Shown: one piece after another, positions 34,245-41,857 of the stretch
How positions within the stretch are numbered: the first letter of the stretch is position 1
Layout of the letters: each line of letters opens with the position of its first letter
Source of the DNA: an uncultured Planctomycetia bacterium
GTDB taxonomy: Bacteria > Omnitrophota > Gorgyraeia > 2-01-FULL-45-10 > JAHFGN01
Assembly: GCA_964354545.1 (NCBI GenBank)
Contig: CAYHAE010000008.1
Span: 1-48,464, forward strand
Direction: 5' to 3'
DNA length: 48,464 nt
Notes under the pieces: generated by a model
Told to the model about the DNA's origin: nothing
The model's database searches: none
The model's input: only the letters and a program-made list of their open reading frames with translations
Translations under genes and position numbers: made by a program

Positions 34245-36341
34245 CTATTTTTTTGCATCGGGGGAGGGGGCCTTCGCCTGCTTCCTCGACAGATTGACTC
34301 TCCCCTGCTCATCGATCTCGATGACCTTTACCATCACCTCATCGCCGATCTTAACCTCATCCTCGACGGTCTTGACGAACTTATCTGCAAGTTCCGATAT
34401 GTGGATGAGCCCTTCCTTATTCGGAAGTATCTCACAGAACGCGCCGAAGTTCATGATCCTCTTTACCTTCCCGAGGTATATCTTGCCCACCTCGGGCTCC
34501 TCGGTCAAACCCTTTATGATGTTCACCGCTTTCTCAAGGGCAACGCCATCGTTCGACGCGACCTGCACGCTCCCATCGTCCTGTACGTCGATCGTCACCC
34601 CCGTGTCCTGTATTATCTTCTTGATCACCTTGCCGCCGGGGCCGATCACGTCCTTTATCTTATCGACGCTTATTTTAAAGCTCACGATGCGCGGGGCATA
34701 CTCCGAAATGGTGTCCTTCGGCCTCGATATCACCTCCGACATCTTGCGGAGCACGGAGAGCCTCGCCTCCTTCCCCATCGCGAGGGCATCTCTCACGACA
34801 TCGACAGAGATGCCGTTGATCTTCAGGTCCATCTGGAGGGCCGTGATACCGTCTACGGTCCCCGCGACCTTGAGGTCCATGTCGCCGTAGTGGTCCTCGA
34901 CCCCTCCTATGTCAGTAAGCAGGATCGTATGCGGACCCTCTTTCACAAGGCCGATCGCAATGCCGCCGACCGGTTTTGAGATCGGCACGCCCGCATCCAT
35001 GAGGGACAAGGTGCCCGCGCACACGGTCGCCATGCTCGACGAACCGTTCGATTCCAATACATCCGACACGATCCTCACCGTGTAGGGAAATTTCTCTTTG
35101 GAGGGCATGACCGCTTTCAGCGACCTCTCGGCGAGGGCGCCGTGGCCTATCTCGCGTCTCCCGGGGCCCCGTACGGGCTTGACCTCGCCGACGCTGAACG
35201 GCGGAAAATTGTAGTGGAGCATGAAGCTCTTCTGGCTCTCCCCTTCGAGGGCATCGATGAACTGTTCGTCCTGGCTTGTCCCGAGCGTCGTCACCGCGAG
35301 GCTCTGGGTCTGCCCTCGGGTGAAGAGCCCCGAACCGTGCGTCCTCGGCAGAAGGCCTGCTTCGCAGCTGATGGGCCTTATCTCGGTGAACGACCTGCCG
35401 TCGACCCTCGTCTTCTTATCGATTATGAAACGCCGCACCTCCTCTTCTTCAACCTCTATAAGCGCGGCCTTTACGTCCCTGTCGGTATGGCCCGATTCTT
35501 CTGTCACGAACTTCTCGACGAGCTCTTTCGACAGCATCTCCAACGCCTCTTCGCGCTGCTCCTTCCTGCTGAGCCGGTTGATGTCGCCTAACCTGGAGTG
35601 CGCGAGGTCTCTCACCTTCTTGACGAGCTCTTCGTCCAATATCTTGAACGGGGCGGCCATCGGAGGTTTCCCGCACTCTTTCGCCATACGCTCCTGCACA
35701 TCGATGAGCGCCTGGAGGTGCTTCTGGCCGAAGCTGACCGCATCCACTATCACGGCCTCATCGAGCTCGCGAGAGCCGGATTCTATCATCAGGACCCCGT
35801 CCCTCTTCCCCGCGACAACGAGGTCGAGGTCGCTCGACTCGAGCTCCTTGAACGTCGGATTCAGGACGAACGCGCCGTCGATCCTTCCCACCCTTACCGC
35901 GCCGATCGGGCCGTTGAACGGTATCCCTGATATCGCGAGCGCCGCGGACGCCCCGACCACGCCAAGGATGTCTGAGTCATTCTCGCAGTCGCTCGAGATG
36001 ACCATCGCCATTACCTGCACTTCGTTCACAAATCCTTTTGGAAAGAGAGGCCGTATGGGCCTGTCAATGAGCCTCGCGGTGAGGATCTCCTTCTCAGACG
36101 GACGTCCTTCCCTCTTAAAAAACCCGCCGGGGATCTTGCCCGCCGCATAGGTCTTTTCCTGATACTCCACGGTGAGAGGGAAGAAATCGATGCCTTCTCT
36201 CGGCTCTTTCGAACAGACGACGGCCACGAGGACGATCGTCCCGCCGAGTTGGATAGTGATGGCCCCGTCGGCCTGTTTCGCAAGCCTGCCCGTCTCGAGA
36301 ACGATATTCCCCTTGCCTAAAGTTATTTCATATTTGTGCAT
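34245..36341 (-). CDS. pnp: Polyribonucleotide nucleotidyltransferase
   Basis: ETGRLAKQA, RLIDRPIRPLF, RREIGHGALA, DMDLKVAG, KH and S1 domains. Confidence 0.98.
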   Translation of the reverse strand: MHKYEITLGKGNIVLETGRLAKQADGAITIQLGGTIVLVAVVCSKEPREGIDFFPLTVEYQEKTYAAGKIPGGFFKREGRPSEKEILTARLIDRPIRPLFPKGFVNEVQVMAMVISSDCENDSDILGVVGASAALAISGIPFNGPIGAVRVGRIDGAFVLNPTFKELESSDLDLVVAGKRDGVLMIESGSRELDEAVIVDAVSFGQKHLQALIDVQERMAKECGKPPMAAPFKILDEELVKKVRDLAHSRLGDINRLSRKEQREEALEMLSKELVEKFVTEESGHTDRDVKAALIEVEEEEVRRFIIDKKTRVDGRSFTEIRPISCEAGLLPRTHGSGLFTRGQTQSLAVTTLGTSQDEQFIDALEGESQKSFMLHYNFPPFSVGEVKPVRGPGRREIGHGALAERSLKAVMPSKEKFPYTVRIVSDVLESNGSSSMATVCAGTLSLMDAGVPISKPVGGIAIGLVKEGPHTILLTDIGGVEDHYGDMDLKVAGTVDGITALQMDLKINGISVDVVRDALAMGKEARLSVLRKMSEVISRPKDTISEYAPRIVSFKISVDKIKDVIGPGGKVIKKIIQDTGVTIDVQDDGSVQVASNDGVALEKAVNIIKGLTEEPEVGKIYLGKVKRIMNFGAFCEILPNKEGLIHISELADKFVKTVEDEVKIGDEVMVKVIEIDEQGRVNLSRKQAKAPSPDAKK

Positions 36342-36379
36342 GGTTATTCCTTTTAGAGATTCCGACTTGGAACGGATAA

Positions 36380-36649
36380 CTATTTTCTGAGGTCAAGCTT
36401 CTTTATGATATCCTGGTAGGCCTTCTCGTCTTTTCGCTTCAAATAATCCAAGAGGCGTCTTCTCGTGTTCACAAGTCTGAGCAGGCCGTACCGTGAGTGG
36501 TGGTCCTTTTTATGGGTCTTAAAATGACCGGAGAGGAGATTGATCCTCTCTGTCAGCAACGCGATCTGCACAGATGCCGAGCCCGTATCCTTCTCATGGC
36601 TTTTGAAATTCGCAATCAGCTCGTTCTTCTTCTCCTTGACTAATGCCAA
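36380..36649 (-). CDS. rpsO: 30S ribosomal protein S15
   Basis: [16 protein letters not shown]...[11 protein letters not shown]; the TTG at 36649 is better spaced from the AGGGGG RBS than the TTG at 36658. Confidence 0.97.
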   Translation of the reverse strand: MALVKEKKNELIANFKSHEKDTGSASVQIALLTERINLLSGHFKTHKKDHHSRYGLLRLVNTRRRLLDYLKRKDEKAYQDIIKKLDLRK

Positions 36650-36676
36650 CGGTTCCAATTCCCCCTTTCTTGCGCC

Positions 36677-36705
36677 ATTCTAACACACCCGGTTCCAAAT
36701 GTAAA
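36677..36705 (-). promoter_or_regulatory. Sigma70-type promoter for rpsO-pnp
   Basis: TTTACA, 17-nt spacer, TGn-TAGAAT. Confidence 0.6.
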
Positions 36706-36777
36706 CAAAAAAATAAGGCGTCTCCCCGCATGCCCGCCTATGGCAGCCGGGTCCGTCTTCTCGTGCCGCGGGGGCTG

Positions 36778-37245
36778 CTATTTCAGAAGGAGCTCGTATC
36801 TCTCCTTTTCGCCCGCGACCGTGACCCTGTCTTTTCTTATCTCGATCACCTTGAACTTGCCGATCATCGATCCGACTAGGTAGAGCTCGTTATTTATTAT
36901 CGCGCAGTACGCCTTCTTGTCGGCCGACCATGTGATGCCCATGAGGTTCAGATCGTGAACGGAAAAGCTCTCATGGGCCGGGGCCTCCTGCAGGACAAAC
37001 GGATCCCGTCCCCAGGCGAGCTCCTCGGAAGGGCGTTTCCTCCTGGGCCTTGCGAGGGCCTTTATTTCCGCGGCCGTAGCGCTGCTCGCTTCGCCCGCGC
37101 GTACGCCCGAGGGAGGAGGCGTACCGCTTCGCACCGGCGCCGTGCGAAAGAAACCCGTCTTCTTCATCGCGCTGCCCATAACGAGTATGAAGATGATCGC
37201 CAATAAGGGGAGTGCGGCGATCTCCAATCTTTTCTTCTTGTCCAT
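36778..37245 (-). CDS. Pilus/T2SS accessory membrane protein (PilP/GspB-like)
   Basis: N-terminal TM, linker, WGRDPF, LNLMGITW...AIINN..Y.VG..I; directly downstream of pilO. Confidence 0.65.
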   Translation of the reverse strand: MDKKKRLEIAALPLLAIIFILVMGSAMKKTGFFRTAPVRSGTPPPSGVRAGEASSATAAEIKALARPRRKRPSEELAWGRDPFVLQEAPAHESFSVHDLNLMGITWSADKKAYCAIINNELYLVGSMIGKFKVIEIRKDRVTVAGEKERYELLLK

Positions 37246-37857
37246 CTAGGCCCCTTCGGATGAAGGCACCAGGAGATATGCGGTGATCCCCATCGTGATG
37301 CCAAGCGTCCTCTCGGCCCCGGCGGGCCCCTGCGTCATCTGCACTTTCGAGATCTTGATGACCGCGGAGAATTCCTCTTTGAGAAGGCGCACGTACTCTC
37401 CGAACGCTTTGTACCTGCCCATCGCCGTGATCGCGATCTGCATCTCCTCGATGGCATAACCGGGGATCGACACCGCGCGGCCGTTGATATCCGTGACGCT
37501 GCGCTTCTTCTGCGGCTGCATCGACTTTATCTCTATGCCGCACCGCTCGGCATAGACAGGCAGGTCCCTCAGGATGGCCTCTTCTTTCGACGGAAACCGC
37601 GCGTGCAACACCTTGAATTTCCTGAGCAGGGCGTCCAGCGATTTCACCATGGACTCATCGTCGGTCACGTACGCGCTCTTCTTTATCTCGGCGATCTCGG
37701 CCTCCATCGCGCGCAGTTCCCTCTTGAGGTTCTCGAACCTGTTCCTCTGCGGTATATAGATGAGCCATATGAATACCACAAAGGCAAGGAGGACAATGCC
37801 CGCAATGGCAAGGATCTTACGCTGCCCCTCTGTTGACCGTATCTTTTTTAGATCCAT
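37246..37857 (-). CDS. pilO: Type IV pilus assembly protein PilO
   Basis: TM + coiled coil + ferredoxin-like C-terminus (FPSKEE..L...GRYKAFGEYV); cluster context. Confidence 0.8.
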   Translation of the reverse strand: MDLKKIRSTEGQRKILAIAGIVLLAFVVFIWLIYIPQRNRFENLKRELRAMEAEIAEIKKSAYVTDDESMVKSLDALLRKFKVLHARFPSKEEAILRDLPVYAERCGIEIKSMQPQKKRSVTDINGRAVSIPGYAIEEMQIAITAMGRYKAFGEYVRLLKEEFSAVIKISKVQMTQGPAGAERTLGITMGITAYLLVPSSEGA

Positions 37858-38181
37858 GGTTCCTCTATCCGCCTTCGCAGAGTACCCCGGCCATGGCCGG
37901 GGGTGAATGCGGTAGACGGTACTGCTTCGGCGGTCGCCACCAAGGCTTCGGCGACCGTCCGCCGACGATTCAGTGGCGGACGGATGTCACACCTGACTAA
38001 GGCAGGCGGATACCCCCTCCGCATTGATTTGCGAAGCAAATCAGGAGGGGGTAAATTAAGGTACCACGCCTGCGTGCCGAAACGCCCGTTGCGTGGCACT
38101 TCGGCGTGCAGGCACGGGCATGCCCGTGGGGTTCCATAGGGCATAGGAAAGGGCGCTTCCCTTCTATCGCGCGCAGTGCTG
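37858..38181. repeat. Cluster of REP/MITE-like palindromes between pilM/N and pilO
   Basis: CCCCGGCCATGGCCGGGG (37885-37902), TACCCCCTCC..TGATTTGC-GAA-GCAAATCA-GGAGGGGGTA (38011-38053), CACGGGCATGCCCGTG (38113-38128), GGTCGCC..GGCGACC (about 37932-37956). Confidence 0.75.
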
Positions 38182-39777
38182 TCACTCCAGCTGGCAGCTG
38201 ATGCTGAACGACGACGCCGCCCCTTCCTTTGACGGCCGTTCTTGTATCGACGTCAATTGCGCATCTTTTAGACAGGGGGATTTCTCCATATCCTCCATGA
38301 ATTTTGTCAAGGACGACTCCGCCGGCCCGCTCTTTTCGTACACAACCCCTGCGATCTCCATCGTCTTGGATTCGGCATCGAGCCGCACCGTGTGCAGGAC
38401 CGTGGCGGGCTGGATGATCGCGGAGAGGACCCTCATGATGTATTCGATATCGAGTTCGTCTTCCTGTGTGACCTCGAGCAATTGCTCCCTCTCCTTTATC
38501 TTTTCGCTGAGGGCCCTCACCTTTGCGAGCACCCCCTTGTGCATCGCCGCATTCTTCACGCGCCGTCCGTAATCGTCAACCTTCAATTTAACCGCCACGT
38601 ACGAGAAGACGAGGAGGACTCCCACGATGATCGATACGAGCCTCACGGATATCTTCTGCGCCAACTCCACCTTCTCCAGCCTGTACTCCACCGGCAGCAG
38701 GTTGACCTTCTTGCTCGTATTGAGCGCAACCCCTACGGCGCCCATGATCGAAAGAGACTCTTCTTCGGAAATCGCGAGACCTGAGGCGCCCATCCCTTTC
38801 GGGATCCCCATCTTCTTCACGGGCAGGCCCAATTGCTCGCTGAGGTATTTCTCGATATTCTTCAAGCGGGAACCGCCTCCCGCAAGATAGACGGCTGACA
38901 CGCCTTCCCCGCTGATCTCAGAGACATAGTATTCTATGGACCTCTTTACCTCCTTTGCGAACCGTTCCAATGTGCCCCGCATGAGCGTGAGGACCTGGAT
39001 CGAAGTGATATCCTTCTCAAGGCGCATCGGCTCGTACGGGATGCCCAACTGCTTTTTTACCTCCTCGGCATCGTCCCACGAGAGTTCCTTCCGCTCCGTC
39101 CCGCTTGAGAACGGGGCGCACAGGGACGCGGTGATATCTCGCGAGGCGATCGGGATCGTCCTCACAAACTGCAGCGTCCTGTTTCTATAAAAAGATATAT
39201 CCGTCATCGAATGGCCCATCTCAATGACGACGATGGACGAGGACAGATCCGCCTCGCTCGCCCGCACTACGTTCTCAAGGGCGAAGGGCGGGGCGTTCAC
39301 CGAGAGGATGCGCACATTCATCTTCTTGAAGGGCCCTATCTTCTTTTCTATCTCCTCCTTCACGGCCGCGATAAACAAGACCTCGACCGTCTTCCTGGTG
39401 CCTTCTTTCTGGGTATCCTGGATCTGCTTAAAATCGACGGTCGCCTTATCGATGTCGAACGGAATCCTCTCCTTTACCTGCCACCTGAGCGCATCCGATA
39501 TCTCCTGCAGCGGCATAGAGGGAAGGCTGATGCGCCTTATGTTAAGGAACTCCCCTGAAATCACCATGTAGACACTGGAGCGCGCCGCGTTGTGGTCCTT
39601 TAAGGTACGCACAATGGCGTCAGCGAGGATACCCGTATCCGGCTCCTTCGGAATAATGAGGACGGAGAAGAACTCCAGGCGCGGCATCGCACCCGACTTC
39701 AGGCCCACTATCTTAACGGCATACGACCCTACATCGATACCGACAACGTTCGAAGTTCCCCTTTTAAAAAAAAGCAT
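38182..39777 (-). CDS. pilM: Type IV pilus assembly protein PilM fused to a PilN-like domain
   Basis: VGIDVGSYAVKIV, actin-like YLAGGGSRL, then KVNLLP + TM + coiled coil (PilN-like). Confidence 0.88.
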   Translation of the reverse strand: MLFFKRGTSNVVGIDVGSYAVKIVGLKSGAMPRLEFFSVLIIPKEPDTGILADAIVRTLKDHNAARSSVYMVISGEFLNIRRISLPSMPLQEISDALRWQVKERIPFDIDKATVDFKQIQDTQKEGTRKTVEVLFIAAVKEEIEKKIGPFKKMNVRILSVNAPPFALENVVRASEADLSSSIVVIEMGHSMTDISFYRNRTLQFVRTIPIASRDITASLCAPFSSGTERKELSWDDAEEVKKQLGIPYEPMRLEKDITSIQVLTLMRGTLERFAKEVKRSIEYYVSEISGEGVSAVYLAGGGSRLKNIEKYLSEQLGLPVKKMGIPKGMGASGLAISEEESLSIMGAVGVALNTSKKVNLLPVEYRLEKVELAQKISVRLVSIIVGVLLVFSYVAVKLKVDDYGRRVKNAAMHKGVLAKVRALSEKIKEREQLLEVTQEDELDIEYIMRVLSAIIQPATVLHTVRLDAESKTMEIAGVVYEKSGPAESSLTKFMEDMEKSPCLKDAQLTSIQERPSKEGAASSFSISCQLE

Positions 39778-39810
39778 GCGTCCCTTTTATCTCCTATGCT
39801 TATTAAGGCA

Positions 39811-39838
39811 ATTATATCATGGCGATGTCAAAATACAA
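39811..39838 (-). promoter_or_regulatory. Possible sigma70 promoter for pilM
   Basis: TTGTAT, 16-nt spacer, TGn-TATAAT. Confidence 0.45.
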
Positions 39839-39876
39839 TGGATGAGTAATGAGAAAGTCCCTCGCGAGCGATGTCC

Positions 39877-40605
39877 TTATCCGAATCCCTTGATCTCAAC
39901 GCTTGAGGCGAGGTCGAAGGATCCCTGCCAGGCGTTGAAAGCGCCTGAGCCTGTCTGTACCCTGATATTTATGATTACCCGGCGGATCAGAGAAGTGCTT
40001 CCTCCGGTCCAGGGGACGTCACCCGCCTGTCTATAGGTAAAAATAACTTGCGGCGAACTCCTGCCGATGACGGTAACGCCGGAGGTGACATAGTAGGGCA
40101 CGAGGGCCGCCGTAGACCACGTCCCTCCGGTCCCGGGCCGTGTCCTGCGGTAGACATGGTACACGCGTCCGTCCCTCTGTAACCTGAACCTCACAGAGAG
40201 TTGATCGGCCGGGGTGGGGTATCCATACGTATACGTAAATTGGGTCGATGAGGCGTCGATGACCGTCCTCGCATACCTGATCCCCCTTATGTCCGGGGTC
40301 CCTTCTATCATGGTGTCCATGAGCTCCTGTGCTATCTTTTGAGTATCCAATTGCCGGTAACTGTACATGAATAGCTGCACAAAGAAAATGATGCTACCGG
40401 CCATTGTGAGGCCGATGATCGCAACGATGAGAGTCGTCACGGCGAGCTCGACTATCGTGAAGCCCCGCGGGTTCACGCCCGCGGCACCTTCTGATTCGGG
40501 GTCCCGCGAGGCACGTCCGCCTGATGGCGGACAGCCCCGCACCCTCCCGCAAAGCGGGACTGCTTCACGGGTAAAGCCTCGTGCACGCTTCATCGAACAG
40601 GTCAT
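39877..40605 (-). CDS. Minor pilin/pseudopilin with prepilin N-methylation motif
   Basis: RG|FTIVELAVTTLIVAIIG; start uncertain (40605, 40593 or the GTG at 40476). Confidence 0.85.
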   Translation of the reverse strand: MTCSMKRARGFTREAVPLCGRVRGCPPSGGRASRDPESEGAAGVNPRGFTIVELAVTTLIVAIIGLTMAGSIIFFVQLFMYSYRQLDTQKIAQELMDTMIEGTPDIRGIRYARTVIDASSTQFTYTYGYPTPADQLSVRFRLQRDGRVYHVYRRTRPGTGGTWSTAALVPYYVTSGVTVIGRSSPQVIFTYRQAGDVPWTGGSTSLIRRVIINIRVQTGSGAFNAWQGSFDLASSVEIKGFG

Positions 40606-40624
40606 TTTTAACAGTGCCTCAACC

Positions 40625-41050
40625 TCATGTCCCATACGTGACATCCGCGATATACGTGACCATATTCGCGACATACTGAGCGGAACCTGTAGGATAGACC
40701 CTCACCTGCACCTTTTTTAAATTGGCGTCCCACGCTCCCACATCAACGTAGCTCACGGTGCGTCGTACATCGTAAGGATACCCCTCGTACACGATAAAGG
40801 TCCTGTCGTACCCGCTGGCCAGCGTGGCATCATCGTACGGCAGATTATTGACCTTCGACATCTCCATCCTGGCGAGCGACCCCGCCATCTCCACATGGCG
40901 CGCATAGACGAGCCCCTTTGCATATTCCAGCGCCATAACCCCCACCGGTATCATCACGATCCCCAAGAGCACGATAGTGATGATGAGCTCTAACAGCGTA
41001 TAGCCGAGGCGAGGCCCGGCTCGCAAAGGCATTCTGCAACAGGTCTTCAT
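40625..41050 (-). CDS. Minor pilin/pseudopilin
   Basis: LG|YTLLELIITIVLLGIV; the ATG at 41050 overlaps the upstream stop (ATGA coupling). Confidence 0.85.
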   Translation of the reverse strand: MKTCCRMPLRAGPRLGYTLLELIITIVLLGIVMIPVGVMALEYAKGLVYARHVEMAGSLARMEMSKVNNLPYDDATLASGYDRTFIVYEGYPYDVRRTVSYVDVGAWDANLKKVQVRVYPTGSAQYVANMVTYIADVTYGT

Positions 41051-41820
41051 GGCATTATATGTCGCGTTGATTCTTCCCAGGACGTGATCCTCTGCGTTCC
41101 CGTATTGTATGTTGCAACCACGGACCTTCTGGCAGCGACAACCGAACCGTTCCTTATCTCGCCTGTGGCCTTGATGGAAAATGATGAATTTGCAGGCGCG
41201 CCTCGAATGGCCTTTTTGTAGGAAGACATATCGCTTGAGACAAAGGTGGCGACGACGGTTCCTGATACGCTTCGCGAAAAAACCCATTGTTGATCGGTCA
41301 GATTGCCGTACACCCTGCCCGGTCCGATAATGAAATCGTTGATGTCGAGTGCCGCGGGCGAGCTCGCGTTGCCGGTCCATACGGTAGCGCCGCCCAGGAC
41401 CACTCTTGTGAGCCTCGCATTCGACGACCAGGTTACCGTCATATTTGTGATGGTGATCGAATTCGATGCGTGGATATTCCTTATCGGGACGTTCCGTAAC
41501 GAGTACGTCCTGTCAGGATTCCTGAACATCTGCGAGGCAGATGAATCAACTGCCAGAAAATTGGCATCTTCCCCCACGTGGTAATAAAACTCGCCCCCTG
41601 CTGAAACGCTGCGCGCAGCATCCCATCGGTTGCCGTCCCTGTAATCGACTATCGCACGCATGACGCCGGCCTGAGCAGCGTAGAGCGCCTGTTCGTTATA
41701 GGTACTCGCGGCAGCAAACCGCAGGCTTTCAGTAATATAGGAGGCGATCCCGAGGGCGACTATCGCAAGGAGGGTTACGACGAGAACCACCACCAGGAGC
41801 GCAAAACCGTCACGGGCCAT
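41047..41820 (-). CDS. PilX/GspK-like minor pilin
   Basis: MARDG|FALLVVVLVVTLLAIV without E5; QALYAAQAG motif. Confidence 0.75.
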   Translation of the reverse strand: MARDGFALLVVVLVVTLLAIVALGIASYITESLRFAAASTYNEQALYAAQAGVMRAIVDYRDGNRWDAARSVSAGGEFYYHVGEDANFLAVDSSASQMFRNPDRTYSLRNVPIRNIHASNSITITNMTVTWSSNARLTRVVLGGATVWTGNASSPAALDINDFIIGPGRVYGNLTDQQWVFSRSVSGTVVATFVSSDMSSYKKAIRGAPANSSFSIKATGEIRNGSVVAARRSVVATYNTGTQRITSWEESTRHIMP

Positions 41821-41857
41821 TATAGGGCATCCTTTCCGACTATTGTAACGTGAACCG

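Noticed and set aside
37848-38185. Small ORFs in the pilM-pilO gap
   Set aside because: They are low-complexity translations of palindromic repeats with no RBS or recognisable motif.
41051-41380. N-terminal extension of ORF 40625-41380, and similar extensions of 39877-40674 and 41858-44374
   Set aside because: They overlap upstream genes in another frame; prepilin motifs and stop/start coupling point to later starts.
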